Of a stretch of 64,000 bases of DNA, positions 9,954 through 20,340 are shown piece after piece. The first letter of the stretch is position 1. Each line of letters opens with the position of its first letter. Source of the stretch: a virus (lineage: Duplodnaviria; Heunggongvirae; Uroviricota; Caudoviricetes); IMG/VR virus record IMGVR_UViG_3300027852_001421. The stretch is one strand, 5' to 3'. The notes beneath the pieces are model-generated. The model did no database searches and was not told the origin of the DNA. It worked only from the letters and a program-made list of their open reading frames with translations. The position numbers and the translations under genes were made by a program.

Positions 9954-10691
9954 ATGAATGATACGCGTTTTCTAAAAATTCAGAAGGGCTACCACGATGC
10001 CGGTGGTCTGGTAACGGCCTATGCCATTCAGACAAAACAGCCGATGAGGAACGCCATCAATGAACTGCGCGACGCGGGCATGGTCTATGATTTCGACAAT
10101 GTCCTGAACGAAGGCCTCGCCTTCTCGAAGGTCATGATTGGCAAAGATGGCACCTTCACCGGTGTCCCTTCCGACATCGCCACCCGCGGCGGCACCGAAC
10201 ATGTCATGGCCCAGCCCAGCGAGGTCCGAAAGGTGCTCGCGGATCGCGTGGTCGCTCAACAGCGCATTGATCAGAGTCCATCTGCCAAACGTATCTTCGA
10301 ACAGGCCGCCGACCGCGTGGAGCGCAATGGTAGGCCCCTCCCGATGGGACTTCTAGGGCCCGTCTATGAGCGCGCGGCACGCGTCCTCGAGAAGGAATGG
10401 GAGGCCAGCGGCCGACAAGACAAAGCGGCCTTCCGGTCCGCGAAAGTTCTGATGACACTCGCGGTGACCCATGCGGCAAGCTATGCTCAAGTCGAGAGCT
10501 ACCATGCGGCAAAAAAGATGATGCCCTCGGCATTGCTCAAAAACGCGGCCCGGAAACTGACTGGCCGTGCGGATCCCGAACAAAAGCGTCAGATCTTGGA
10601 TCTGTCGATCTGGTCTGAACCGGATGATCCTTTCAAACCTGAAAAGCTAACCCCTCAAAGCCCAGAGCAGAGCTTGGGTGAGCCTGTCTGA
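9954..10691 (+). CDS. hypothetical protein (245 aa)
   Basis: ORF with good composition immediately downstream of the terminator. Confidence 0.6.
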   Translation: MNDTRFLKIQKGYHDAGGLVTAYAIQTKQPMRNAINELRDAGMVYDFDNVLNEGLAFSKVMIGKDGTFTGVPSDIATRGGTEHVMAQPSEVRKVLADRVVAQQRIDQSPSAKRIFEQAADRVERNGRPLPMGLLGPVYERAARVLEKEWEASGRQDKAAFRSAKVLMTLAVTHAASYAQVESYHAAKKMMPSALLKNAARKLTGRADPEQKRQILDLSIWSEPDDPFKPEKLTPQSPEQSLGEPV

Positions 10692-10710
10692 TCAACATTA
10701 GATCTGGGTT

Positions 10711-10778
10711 ATCTGTACGCGAATCCGGTCTAACAGACGTGGTTTGTGTACAGATAGACAACAATCACCAACCCAGAT
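10711..10778. promoter_or_regulatory. long imperfect inverted repeat between convergent genes (possible bidirectional terminator or operator)
   Basis: atctgggttatctgtac ... gtacagat...aacccagat. The 3' arm overlaps the last codons of the SDR gene. Confidence 0.3.
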
Positions 10779-11517
10779 GCTGCCCTGCATCCGCGCAGAT
10801 GAGCTGCCCCGTGACGCCAGGTGCATCGAGGAAATAGCCCAGCGCGCCGGTGATATCCTCAAGGTTTGACCCGCGTCCCAAAATCGTGCCCGCGCGCTGA
10901 TCTGCATACTCCTGATCTGTCAGGTCATCGCTTTTCAGCGTGGGGCCGGGCCCAATCCCATTGACGCGAATGGTGGGTCCAAGGGCCTGGGCGGTCGTCT
11001 TCGCCATGCCCCAAAGCGCCATCTTGGCCATCGTATAGGTCATGAACTCAGGTGTGAGATTGCGGACCCGCTGATCGATCATATTGACGATCAGCCCTGT
11101 CGCGCGCATTTCTCCACTCTCATCCTTGAGCTGTTCTAGACCTTGGTTTGCCATGGCCTGTGTCAGCACAAAGGGCGCGCGCAGGTTGCTGCCCATGGAC
11201 CGATCCCAGCTCTCACGCGTGGCTGTGGTGATCTGGTCGGCCTCGAAGATCGAGGCGTTGTTGACCAGACAGGTAATGGGCCCGCCCAGCGCCTCAGCCG
11301 CGCGCGGCAGAAGGGCCTGGGTTTGTTCTTCATCGAGAAGATCTGCCTGAACGGCAATAGCCTGGCGGCCCATTCCCTTGATCTCATCAACGACCAACTG
11401 CGCGTCTATTTCCGAGCTGCGATAATGCACAGCAACGTCAAATCCGCGGCCGGCAAGATAAAGGGCCATCGCACGGCCGAGGCGCACGCCGGCTCCGGTT
11501 ACCAGGGCATTTTTCAT
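10765..11517 (-). CDS. SDR-family oxidoreductase, pteridine-reductase/FolM-like
   Basis: N-terminal TGAGVRLGRAMA (variant of the TGxxxRIG cofactor motif of PTR1/FolM-type SDRs), central NNAS, and YxxxK-equivalent region. Start chosen at MKNALVTGAG. Confidence 0.75.
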   Translation of the reverse strand: MKNALVTGAGVRLGRAMALYLAGRGFDVAVHYRSSEIDAQLVVDEIKGMGRQAIAVQADLLDEEQTQALLPRAAEALGGPITCLVNNASIFEADQITTATRESWDRSMGSNLRAPFVLTQAMANQGLEQLKDESGEMRATGLIVNMIDQRVRNLTPEFMTYTMAKMALWGMAKTTAQALGPTIRVNGIGPGPTLKSDDLTDQEYADQRAGTILGRGSNLEDITGALGYFLDAPGVTGQLICADAGQHLGW

Positions 11518-11625
11518 TAATCTCGCGCCTTTCAATAGTTTGTCATATTCAGGGCCGCATGTAGAGCAGCGGCGCGGGGCAGACAAGCAACGCCGCGGAG
11601 TTCCGCCGCCCTTGGCCCTGCTGGA

Positions 11626-13131
11626 TCAAATGATGAAATTGGCCTCATCAGCCAGATCGCTTTCTTGATCGTCGCCCATCTCTACGAGGAAGCGCTCACC
11701 TGTTTCTTTCAGGCTCACGGAGAACAGCAGCTCGTCATCGATACTCACTTCGCTGATATCAAGATCCGCAAAACTGTCTACGCTCACCCCATTTCCAAAT
11801 TGGATAACGTCTTCTCCAGCTGTGAAATCCTTGATGATATCGAGTTGCGCGTATTTTTCTGTCTCTGTTCCTTCGAGGGAGTCCCAGACCTGCAGGTCGC
11901 CGGCGTCAAAGCGGTAGGTGTCCTTCCCTGCCCCGCCATATAGCGTGTCTGTGCCCGAGCCGCCCGTCAGTGTGTCATTGCCGGTGCCGCCGCGGAGAAG
12001 GTCATCACCGGATCCACCCACGAGATGATCATCTTCAGAGCCCCCGTAGAGCGTGTCATCCCCGGCGCCGCCACGGACTTCGTCCATATCCATACCCCCG
12101 GCCAGGTGGTCGTCGCCATTGCCACCATAGATCGTGTCATTGCCCTTACCTGCATCGACAACATCATCCCCATCACCGGCGCGGAACAAGCCATCTGCAT
12201 CGGGTGTCTTCTGAACATCCCAGATCCAATCATCACCATCGGTGCCAGCAATCGAGTCCTCCGTGTTCTTCATCATGTTCAGGTCTTCATCAAATGAGCC
12301 CTTGGGGACGTAGTTTTGCTGGTCGATGTAATCGACCACTGGCAGTGCAGACAGATCCTCGGGCATTTCAGAGAAATGCGTTTCAGCTCCGGCATGGCGC
12401 GCGCCTTCGAGCGCATAGAGCCCTTTGTCTCCGAGGCGCAGCCATTGCTGGTCGAGATACTCGACCACATCGACGCCTTCAGGAAGATCATGCAGAACCA
12501 GTTCTTGCCCCTCAAGGACGATCACATCGCGGGTGATATCGAAGTCCTCGATGCGACCCAAAATGGGGCTGTTGAGCTGACCGATATTGTCAAACTCGAT
12601 CGTGTCGTTGCCGGTGCCTGTGTAGACATGATGGCCGTCGTAGTTGCTTTCATTGGTCAGATCGAGAACGATGCGATCGTCGCCCTCCCCGCCGCCGACA
12701 TGAACCTGACCGAAACCTGGGATCGAGGAGATAAGCGTATCATCGCCATGGCCGCCCCAAAGCTCGCTGTATCCTTCTGATCCGTCTAGGATGATGATGT
12801 CGTCACCGCCCAAACCGCTGAACCGGTCTTCACCGCCATTGCCGGACATGATGTCTTTTGCGCCAGTGCCCGAGAGACGCTCATCTGCCGAGGTGCCTTG
12901 GATGCGATCACCTGGGATATCACTCTCCAGATCAAGCGTATCGATGACCGCCACACCATCATCGTAGGACCTGATGTCAAAGCCACCCTCTTCCGGGTCT
13001 GGCTGGGTCGGCTCCACTGGGTCCACGGGATCCGGGCGGGAGGGATCCAAGGGTTCAGAGGATTTACTGCTGGATCCGCCACTCATTCCGAAGGCGGCGC
13101 CGAGGCCAAGTAGGATCAATAGGAATTGCAT
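11626..13131 (-). CDS. RTX (hemolysin-type calcium-binding repeat) secreted protein
   Basis: Multiple GGxGxDxL/I nonapeptide repeats (GGNGDDHLAGG..GGAGDDTLYGG..GGSGDDLLRGGTGNDTLTGGSGTDTLYGGAGKDTY). Leaderless acidic C-terminus is consistent with a T1SS substrate. Confidence 0.75.
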   Translation of the reverse strand: MQFLLILLGLGAAFGMSGGSSSKSSEPLDPSRPDPVDPVEPTQPDPEEGGFDIRSYDDGVAVIDTLDLESDIPGDRIQGTSADERLSGTGAKDIMSGNGGEDRFSGLGGDDIIILDGSEGYSELWGGHGDDTLISSIPGFGQVHVGGGEGDDRIVLDLTNESNYDGHHVYTGTGNDTIEFDNIGQLNSPILGRIEDFDITRDVIVLEGQELVLHDLPEGVDVVEYLDQQWLRLGDKGLYALEGARHAGAETHFSEMPEDLSALPVVDYIDQQNYVPKGSFDEDLNMMKNTEDSIAGTDGDDWIWDVQKTPDADGLFRAGDGDDVVDAGKGNDTIYGGNGDDHLAGGMDMDEVRGGAGDDTLYGGSEDDHLVGGSGDDLLRGGTGNDTLTGGSGTDTLYGGAGKDTYRFDAGDLQVWDSLEGTETEKYAQLDIIKDFTAGEDVIQFGNGVSVDSFADLDISEVSIDDELLFSVSLKETGERFLVEMGDDQESDLADEANFII

Positions 13132-13135
13132 TCTG

Positions 13136-13360
13136 TCATTCCGCTATAGAAGGGAGTCTCTGTGTGATTGTCCGGAACCAGCGGGTCATGAGGCCCCAGA
13201 TCACCTGAGCTGCGCTCTGAGGGCGGCAGAGCGCCTCCAAGCGCGACATGCGCTCCTCATGGGTGATCTCGCCACGCTGATAGGCCAGGCGCGCCTCACG
13301 GGCGCCCAGCGTCACTGCATGCAGTCTTTGCGGCTGAGGAAGAGTCCCGTGATCCGCCAT
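13136..13360 (-). CDS. small SHOCT-like protein; its stop lies 4 nt before the RTX gene start
   Basis: LAYQRGEITHEERMSRLEAL matches the same SHOCT-like pattern as the 3488..4357 protein. Confidence 0.35.
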   Translation of the reverse strand: MADHGTLPQPQRLHAVTLGAREARLAYQRGEITHEERMSRLEALCRPQSAAQVIWGLMTRWFRTITQRLPSIAE

Positions 13361-13522
13361 TCCTGGATCAGCGGCTGTGAGGCGGATTGGCGTGGATGAT
13401 CCAAGCGATAATTGCTAGGAGCATGCCGCAGATCATTAGCCCCGTGCCCTGGCCGGTGTCGGCATTGTAAAGCCCACCCCCAACAGAGATCATCGAGATG
13501 GAAGCACCTGCAAGGAGATTGC

Positions 13523-14140
13523 TCATGCCACCACTTTCAGTGTCTGATGATGCGTGTAGCGCATCTTGCGCGCCATGATCTCTTCATGGGCGTCGGGCAC
13601 ATCCTCGAAGAAGTCATCCGGCAGGAAGTGAACCGCGATCCAGAAATCGAAGAGGTCCAATGTCAGAAGCTGCCTGTTGTTCTGCTCCGGACGATCGGGA
13701 TGGAAGCTGTCGTAGCCGTGGCGCAGAATCTTGCCCACGGTTTGCACGACCTTGGCGGCCCTGGTTGACAGGATGTGGAGCTGCTCCATTTCGGCAAGGT
13801 CCACGCCATTGACAACGATCGTATTGCCCAGAGCGGACATGTCGATCAAGGCTTCAGAGTACGGGCTTTCATAAGCAGCCTCGTTTTTCGCAAAGTAGTT
13901 CCCAAATGCCTCGATGCTGAGGTCATTCTGCATGAAATGAGCCACAGCCAGGAGCTCAGCGACTTCGCGCCCGAGATGGCCGATGTTGTCGTCGAGTACC
14001 CCCTCAAAGTTCTCGTCGTAGGGTCCATGTTTCAAGACCTGGGTTGCGGCCTGGACCACTTCGCCGGCTTCTTCGGAAAGCATAGCCAGACGTTCAGTTT
14101 CTGCAGCTGTCAGTTTGTTGAAGTTCTCATGTTTGCTCAT
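13523..14140 (-). CDS. tandem MazG-like nucleoside triphosphate pyrophosphohydrolase domain protein
   Basis: Two internal repeats each with the MazG/EE-x-GE helix signature (LAMLSEEAGEVVQAATQVLKHG and LHILSTRAAKVVQTVGKILRHG). Confidence 0.5.
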   Translation of the reverse strand: MSKHENFNKLTAAETERLAMLSEEAGEVVQAATQVLKHGPYDENFEGVLDDNIGHLGREVAELLAVAHFMQNDLSIEAFGNYFAKNEAAYESPYSEALIDMSALGNTIVVNGVDLAEMEQLHILSTRAAKVVQTVGKILRHGYDSFHPDRPEQNNRQLLTLDLFDFWIAVHFLPDDFFEDVPDAHEEIMARKMRYTHHQTLKVVA

Positions 14141-14178
14141 GGGGTTCGTCCTAAGATTTTGTGAAACTTGTTCGATAC

Positions 14179-14454
14179 TCAGTTCTGCAGCATATGCATC
14201 AGGGCACGCATAAGAAGCTTGCCGATCAAAATGGCGGAAAGAGTGACAGAGAGGGTGAGAACCACACTCTGGAGATTAGCCTGAAAGAGCAGATCCCCGT
14301 TGGGGAGCATCGCCCGACCATAGTCTTGCAGGATGGCGGCCAGGCTTTCAGCCCCCTGCCCGCCCGCGGCTTTGAGGAACATCACGACGATGGCGACATT
14401 CGCCACCAGCAATGCTGCTGGCGCTTTGAATACGGTATCGATCGGTGCGTTCAT
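14179..14454 (-). CDS. small membrane protein (about 91 aa)
   Basis: Internal ATG (MNAPIDTVF...) of the track ORF. Two hydrophobic helices. Confidence 0.4.
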   Translation of the reverse strand: MNAPIDTVFKAPAALLVANVAIVVMFLKAAGGQGAESLAAILQDYGRAMLPNGDLLFQANLQSVVLTLSVTLSAILIGKLLMRALMHMLQN

Positions 14455-14667
14455 GGTCAGTCTTTCCAACCTCTCTGCTTTGCGAAAACTATATGAACAC
14501 TGGTTATCCGACTCAAGTAAGGAGATGCAAGCGATTTGCGAAAAACGCGGAAAATTTATTGTAAGTATGACTGAATGCCAATGAGATGTGGACAACGAGC
14601 CCATAGGCCTTGTTGGTCGGTGTTGCGAAAAATAGATGTTACGAAGACATCAAAAGAGGCTGAGCTC

Positions 14668-15141
14668 ATGAAATCGACCGGATTTACCCTGGCCTGCGTT
14701 GCAGTCCTTTCAGCATGTACCGCTGCATCCGTGCCGCAATTTAAGAATGACGTGCCACATAGCATTCCATTGAACGGCCATGTCCGTCTTCTTGAGGAAG
14801 TCAGTGAAATCCGCCGCGCAGAAGGTCTCTCCATTGTAGCATCAAGCCCACAAGCTGATCAGGCCGCTCACCGCGCCGCCGCAGACATGGCGCGCCATGG
14901 TACTTTCAGCCATACCGGTACGGATGGATCCTCAGCCGCAGGCCGTCTGCGCGATGCGGGCTGTTCTTACGGTTTGGCCGAAAATATCGCCAAGGGTAAA
15001 GCGCTGAACACCAGTAACATCATTCAGACTTGGATGGACTCGCCTGGGCACCGCGAGAACATCCTGCGGCCGAACATGCTTTGGATGGGGATTGCGAAGG
15101 TCGACGACATCTGGGTCATGACCCTCGCAGAGCGGTGCTGA
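14668..15141 (+). CDS. CAP/SCP/PR-1-like domain lipoprotein (YkwD-like)
   Basis: AGAGG before ATG. Lipobox VLSAC. CAP signatures HTGTDGS and GHRENIL. Confidence 0.7.
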   Translation: MKSTGFTLACVAVLSACTAASVPQFKNDVPHSIPLNGHVRLLEEVSEIRRAEGLSIVASSPQADQAAHRAAADMARHGTFSHTGTDGSSAAGRLRDAGCSYGLAENIAKGKALNTSNIIQTWMDSPGHRENILRPNMLWMGIAKVDDIWVMTLAERC

Positions 15142-15147
15142 TTAAGT

Positions 15148-16044
15148 TCAGTTAGGCTGGTCAGGGTTGTTGTTGGACAGTTCCTGTTCGGCAACCACTC
15201 CCGCAGTAAAGGGATCCTCCACATGCTGATCCAGTGGAGCGAGAACAACCGCGACCCTATGAGGGCTGGGATATACGGGAATCTTTTCGCGGTCGATCTT
15301 AACCGCAACCCTCTCGGTAGGATTGACCGCCATGCGCTCGACAGGCTTTTGCGCGTCGATTACATCCGTCTGGCTGTAAGCGACGGTGGCATTGGGTTCA
15401 TTGGGGCCACTGGTCATGAAGCCCATAACCTGGGCTGCCTGATACACCGGTGGCTGCATTTCACCTATGGTCCGCTCCTGACTGTAAGGCTCATTTGCAA
15501 AGGCAATTTCAACTGAAGCAACGGTCGTATGGATGATGCCTTCGAGACCTTCGCGGAAGTGCTTGCCAACATCATCCCACCGCGCGCCATAATCAGCTTC
15601 GATCTTGGCATTCAGTGCTTCAGGATTGATGTTCTCATCCCCCTCGAGCGTGGACTTGTTGAAATGATAAATATGCCGACCGGGCATCTCGACGACTTCG
15701 AGATATCCATCCAAGGCTGCCTCATCCCACTCGCCGTTGATACCTTGGCTGTAGGCTTTCTCATAGATGCCGGTCATGTGACGACGAAGCGGTTCATGGG
15801 TCGCCGCCTTGACGGCCGACAGGCGTTCTTCAATGCCAAAATTCGACCAGCCATTCGCCTTCATCCCATCCGAGGCGCCAAGAAGGACTTCAGCCGCATA
15901 GTGCTTGGCTGGAAGATCCAGCATGCCGTTCAGGCTGTTTTCCGCCGCGGACCTGTCGGACATAGAGAGAACGGCGGTGGCGGCATAAAGGGTGGCGAGC
16001 GCGCCCCATGCGATGGTTGCTGTAGGGAGGTTTTTTCTGGCCAT
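15148..16044 (-). CDS. secreted hypothetical protein
   Basis: Start MARKNLPTATIAWGALATLYAATAVLS (signal peptide). AGGAAT before ATG. Confidence 0.55.
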   Translation of the reverse strand: MARKNLPTATIAWGALATLYAATAVLSMSDRSAAENSLNGMLDLPAKHYAAEVLLGASDGMKANGWSNFGIEERLSAVKAATHEPLRRHMTGIYEKAYSQGINGEWDEAALDGYLEVVEMPGRHIYHFNKSTLEGDENINPEALNAKIEADYGARWDDVGKHFREGLEGIIHTTVASVEIAFANEPYSQERTIGEMQPPVYQAAQVMGFMTSGPNEPNATVAYSQTDVIDAQKPVERMAVNPTERVAVKIDREKIPVYPSPHRVAVVLAPLDQHVEDPFTAGVVAEQELSNNNPDQPN

Positions 16045-16126
16045 GGGGAATTCCTGTTGGTTCTTGCTTTGGGACAAGTGTCAAACAGGATTGCGAAAAA
16101 GCCAAGGACAACTCTGCGGTGGTAAA

Positions 16127-16471
16127 TTATATCTCCGCAAAGGCAGGCTGTTTGAACAGATCGGCCACTGTGATCTCATGGAAGTCGAACGTGGATCCGA
16201 CCTCATCCTTCACAACGACCTCGGGGTCTGCGCCGCTTTCATCAAAGATGATCTCAAACGAACGGCTACGCCCATTAAAAATCTTGAGCGGCAGCGTACC
16301 AACAGCTTTTAGGGCTTCGAAATCAGCTGCACCAAAGAGCGAGGCCAGGCTGTTGGTGTCAGAGACTGTGGCACCATAGCTGAGATCTCGGTACTTCGCT
16401 GGGCCCTGCCCCGCTGAGGCCATCATCTCCGCCTTCAGTAGGCAGATATCGCCCATATAGATCGTGTGCAT
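16127..16471 (-). CDS. hypothetical protein (114 aa)
   Basis: AAGGAG 7 nt before ATG. The TGCGAAAAC motif lies immediately upstream of the RBS. Confidence 0.55.
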   Translation of the reverse strand: MHTIYMGDICLLKAEMMASAGQGPAKYRDLSYGATVSDTNSLASLFGAADFEALKAVGTLPLKIFNGRSRSFEIIFDESGADPEVVVKDEVGSTFDFHEITVADLFKQPAFAEI

Positions 16472-16501
16472 TGCAGAACTCCTTTTGTTTTCGCATGAGT
16501 A

Positions 16502-19039
16502 TCACTGGGCTGCCCAGATGATATCATGTTCCGGTTCTTCATCTTCTGCGAAAGGGTCATCGACCTCACCCTCCTGCACCTCTTCAACCTCAAGTTCGGC
16601 GGCCTCTTCCTCTGCAAGGCGAACCCAGATATTCCGGGGATCACTGCCCTCGACGAACTTAAACTCCTCCCCTTTGATATCTGACCCGGCGATGAACTTA
16701 TCAAGGCCAGACTTGCGAATTTTGCGCGGCAGCAGAGAACTTAGCTCATCCCAGGCATCTTGAAGGTGCTCTCTGTCCCAGGGATTGTAGCCGGCCGAGC
16801 GCACCGACAACGGCAGCAGCCTCATCATGTCCTGTTCGTGCCGGGTCTCCGCAAGCCCATCCGCATAGCGCTCAAGATCATGGATCTCTAGGCTTTGGAT
16901 ATGCTTGGCGAGCCGTTTCGCGGCTTCCTCAGCAGCTTCACAGGGCTCCGCATTGTCATAGGCATAGTTCTGGCGGACCTTGCACTGTAGGCTGGACACT
17001 TCACGTTCACTGCCATCTTCGTTCTTTACGGTACGGGATTTGACCGCCACATCCAGTTCCACTGTGCTCGAAATACCCTCTTCGGTTTCGAGCGAGAAGA
17101 TGAGCCGCGCTTCTTTGTTGCGTCCTTTGAGCACCGTATTGAGGTAGCCACCCACAGAGTGGTTTTCCTCTCGCCCCTGTTTGGTCAGTGCTTTGGCGCT
17201 GTTCAACTCTCGTGCGCGCATGCCATTCCCAAGATCGACTTCGCCGACGAGCGGCTCCCATACTTCTTCCGTGCTGATCTTCTGGATCTTATCGGCATAG
17301 CGATGGATGTTGCGGTGATACCGGGTTGATAGCTCCAGCAATTCAGAGATTTTGAAGTCTTCCAGTACAGCTTCAAGGGCCTTCCTGCTTGGCGAAACAT
17401 AGTCATTGTTGTTCGAAGCATATCCGCGTTCGGAATTCGTCTCGTTCCACTCAAGGCCGCGCTCCTCGGCAACTTCACGGATCTTGTTCATGGTCGCGGG
17501 CACATAGAGCGTGTTGGCCAAATAGTTCACCGCATCCTTTACCTGCTCGGCCGGGGTGGCGAGGATTTTGTCCATCATCTTATAAGGATCGCCGTCCCGC
17601 GCTACGCGCTGCATCGTTTCAGGCAGGGACGTCATGAAGATACCTTTGCCGAACTTTTCCAGCTCTTTCAGGAAGCGATGCTCCTTGCGACTGGTCGGTA
17701 ATTTGTCATGGGGAAGCTTCAGGAGCGTCTTGATCTCTTCCATTGGATCGCGAGGACTCGCGCCGGCACGCTGCCAGGTTAGCCCCTGTAGACGTTTCAC
17801 ATCCTTCACATCACAGCGCAGGAATTTTGCGATCACTGGTGCAAGGGGCGCGCGTGCGTCGATTGCCTCCCGAAGCGCGGGCTCTTCGTGCATTGACCTT
17901 GCGAGGATCGGATAGGCTTTCACCGCTTGCTGGCGCGCGATGGCTGCTTCGGTGTTGATTGTATCTGGATCGAGCAAAGTGCTGCTGCCATGGATCCCAC
18001 AGAGCCACTGTGCATGACCCAGTTGGGTAAGACCGGTACCACGCATGATGCGCAAGACTTCGGGGTCCATAGCGTCTGCGATGGCCCAGCGCATCAGATT
18101 GAGGCGGCTGTCGGCTTTGTTTTTCAGCATATGTTTGACTTGGTGCCGAAGCTTGTCATCAATCACGCGTCGGCTCGTTCTGTCGACGCCCAGCATGCTG
18201 TAGAGACCGTCGGATTTAAGGAATTCCAGCCCCTCAAGCGCCATAGCGCGGGCGCTGTTTGAATGGCGGTTCAACTCGATATCGCCCCGGCCGTGGGAGA
18301 TTTGCCAGTCTGGATGCCCCTTGTAAATTACTTCGAGCGCCTCGGCGACTGTCCTGAGGGGGGCAACGTCTCGATTGTTGGGCACCAGCGTCCTGCTGAT
18401 GAGAGCTCCGTCGGCGTTCACCGCAATAACCGAAAGCGCTTTGTTGTGACGCGACGAGTCATCCCTTGCGATGATCAGCCGGCGGAAGCCGGGGAACTGA
18501 TCCTTGTAGGAGACAAAGATACGCGCAGCCTCAATGTACTCGGCGTATCCTTTTTCCCAATCCTCCATGAGCTCCTTAAGCTTTGGCTTTTCCAGTTCGA
18601 GTTTGTGCTTCTTAGCCAGGGTTCTGAAAAGCGTATACTCCTCGGGGCGTTTCGCCACAGGTTCCATTTTCAGGAAGGGATTGAGGTCCTTCATCAGTGG
18701 GTCGTTTGCGATGAAATCGGAAACCGGGATGCGCTTGAAGCGCACGCCTTTCTCACTCTCGACGATCTCGGGCTCTGGATCAGTCTGAGGTGCCCTGCGG
18801 AATAGCGAAGCGGCCATGGATGGTACTGCTGCAGCAGGCGGTACCGTTTCCTGCGGCGCGGTCTCATCTGCCTCAGGCACCCATGGGGCGCCCTCTTCTT
18901 CGGCAGGTTCAACTTCGTTCGAGCCCCCATAGCGATAAAATTCGAAGAGCTCGACCAATGTTTCACCGCCGGGATGCGCTTCTTCAACCTCTTTGATAGG
19001 CGCCTTCGACGGGAGGAGGGACGATAGGAATCTGAACAT
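16502..19039 (-). CDS. large ORFan protein (845 aa) with acidic E-block C-terminus
   Basis: Uninterrupted 2.5-kb frame with high coding-like GC3. C-terminus EVQEGEVDDPFAEDEEPEHDIIWAAQ. No recognisable catalytic motif. Confidence 0.65.
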   Translation of the reverse strand: MFRFLSSLLPSKAPIKEVEEAHPGGETLVELFEFYRYGGSNEVEPAEEEGAPWVPEADETAPQETVPPAAAVPSMAASLFRRAPQTDPEPEIVESEKGVRFKRIPVSDFIANDPLMKDLNPFLKMEPVAKRPEEYTLFRTLAKKHKLELEKPKLKELMEDWEKGYAEYIEAARIFVSYKDQFPGFRRLIIARDDSSRHNKALSVIAVNADGALISRTLVPNNRDVAPLRTVAEALEVIYKGHPDWQISHGRGDIELNRHSNSARAMALEGLEFLKSDGLYSMLGVDRTSRRVIDDKLRHQVKHMLKNKADSRLNLMRWAIADAMDPEVLRIMRGTGLTQLGHAQWLCGIHGSSTLLDPDTINTEAAIARQQAVKAYPILARSMHEEPALREAIDARAPLAPVIAKFLRCDVKDVKRLQGLTWQRAGASPRDPMEEIKTLLKLPHDKLPTSRKEHRFLKELEKFGKGIFMTSLPETMQRVARDGDPYKMMDKILATPAEQVKDAVNYLANTLYVPATMNKIREVAEERGLEWNETNSERGYASNNNDYVSPSRKALEAVLEDFKISELLELSTRYHRNIHRYADKIQKISTEEVWEPLVGEVDLGNGMRARELNSAKALTKQGREENHSVGGYLNTVLKGRNKEARLIFSLETEEGISSTVELDVAVKSRTVKNEDGSEREVSSLQCKVRQNYAYDNAEPCEAAEEAAKRLAKHIQSLEIHDLERYADGLAETRHEQDMMRLLPLSVRSAGYNPWDREHLQDAWDELSSLLPRKIRKSGLDKFIAGSDIKGEEFKFVEGSDPRNIWVRLAEEEAAELEVEEVQEGEVDDPFAEDEEPEHDIIWAAQ

Positions 19040-19116
19040 CTTGATCTCGCATATTTGTTTGACGCCAGTGTCGTCGGGTCATGCGAAAAGAAGAAGGCAT
19101 TCCTACCGTCAGAGGG

Positions 19117-19971
19117 TCAGACGGACCGCTTCATATGCTTGTACTTCCGATCAAAGCTCGCGAGCTTCGGCAAGTCCATGGCGGCTGGCGACGCGCGCAT
19201 CTTGCCATGATCCAGGAACAGGCTGACAGCACGATCCCGATTGATGATCTTCATCGATTTGTCGTCCTGACGTGGCCCCCAGCCGACCCGCAGCAGATAG
19301 TTCAGCATGGCATCCGGATCGACACCGTCATCGCGGTAGCCCAGAAGACTTGCCGCGGCATCGCGTTTGGACATCTTCTTGCCGTCCATGGTAATCAAGC
19401 CGACATGAGCGAAGTCCGGCATAGGTGCCCCTAAGGCGCTGTAGAGCCCAGCATGGCGGAAGGTATTTGTCAGATGATCCATGCCGCGGATCACGAGGTT
19501 CACTCCAAGATCGATGTCATCGACCACGGAGGCGAAATGATAGACCGGCATGCCGTCGGCTTTGATCAGAACCTGATCACGCGCCAGATCATGCGCCTTG
19601 GCGCTGGGCAGCTGATCGCCGGAAATCAGATCGCTCCATGGCGCTGCCGCCCCACCCTTCATCAACACGGCGCCATTGTCGGCACGCATGGCGAGCCCGG
19701 CATCGAGGAGCTTGGCGGCAGCGGCATCATAGATGTCGCGCCGGTGCGACTGACGGTAGACGGCATCGGGCGCAAGCCCCAACCAATCGAGGCAGTCATG
19801 AATGACGTCGATCGAGGCGTGGTTGTTGCGCGAAAGATCCGTGTCATCGATGCGCAGGATGAAGCGACCGCCACTGGCGCGTGCAGACAACCAGTTGAAA
19901 TAGGCGGTGCGGGCGGTGCCGATGTGAAAGTCGCCTGTTGGCGATGGGGCAACGCGGGTCGTATAGGTCAC
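19117..19971 (-). CDS. gluQ: glutamyl-Q tRNA(Asp) synthetase (truncated GluRS paralog)
   Basis: Class I HIGH region PSPTGDFHIGTARTA and KMSKR motif. About 284 aa, lacking the anticodon-binding domain. GTG start with AAAGGA 9 nt upstream gives an N-terminus colinear with E. coli GluQRS. Confidence 0.8.
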   Translation of the reverse strand: MTYTTRVAPSPTGDFHIGTARTAYFNWLSARASGGRFILRIDDTDLSRNNHASIDVIHDCLDWLGLAPDAVYRQSHRRDIYDAAAAKLLDAGLAMRADNGAVLMKGGAAAPWSDLISGDQLPSAKAHDLARDQVLIKADGMPVYHFASVVDDIDLGVNLVIRGMDHLTNTFRHAGLYSALGAPMPDFAHVGLITMDGKKMSKRDAAASLLGYRDDGVDPDAMLNYLLRVGWGPRQDDKSMKIINRDRAVSLFLDHGKMRASPAAMDLPKLASFDRKYKHMKRSV

Positions 19972-19984
19972 TGTGAAAATCCTT

Positions 19985-20335
19985 TCAGACGCCAATTCGA
20001 TGTGCGTGAGCCTGCAGGTCTTCCGGGTCCGCGATGCGCGAGACGCAGAATGCCATTGGCTCATTGAGAGAAGCCGCAACCAGATCAGGAAACTCGGCTT
20101 TGAGGGTTCGGTATGAGGCCAGGGCTTCTTCATCGAAATACGATCCTGTGTGGACCGATGTGGGCAAGTAATCTCCGGATGTCGGATCAAAGAGGCGTTG
20201 TGCATCATGAGTTGATCTCTGTCGCGTTTGAAGAACCTTGCTACGCATCCATGCAGCTGCTTCACCCCGATCGGGGAAGCGGGGCAGCTCCGGATCTGGG
20301 GAACGTCGTTTGAAACGGCTCAACATGGACAACAT
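19985..20335 (-). CDS. hypothetical protein (116 aa)
   Basis: ORF directly upstream of gluQ on the same strand. Confidence 0.45.
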   Translation of the reverse strand: MLSMLSRFKRRSPDPELPRFPDRGEAAAWMRSKVLQTRQRSTHDAQRLFDPTSGDYLPTSVHTGSYFDEEALASYRTLKAEFPDLVAASLNEPMAFCVSRIADPEDLQAHAHRIGV

Positions 20336-20340
20336 CTTGG

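Noticed and set aside
11970-12536. 188-aa His/Arg/Pro-rich ORF
   Set aside because: Lies inside the RTX gene on the opposite strand. The RTX repeats are unambiguous.
14535-14555. Sigma54 -24/-12 (GG-N10-GC) reading of TTTGCGAAAA sites
   Set aside because: No correctly spaced GG dinucleotide upstream of the TTGC in the copies checked.
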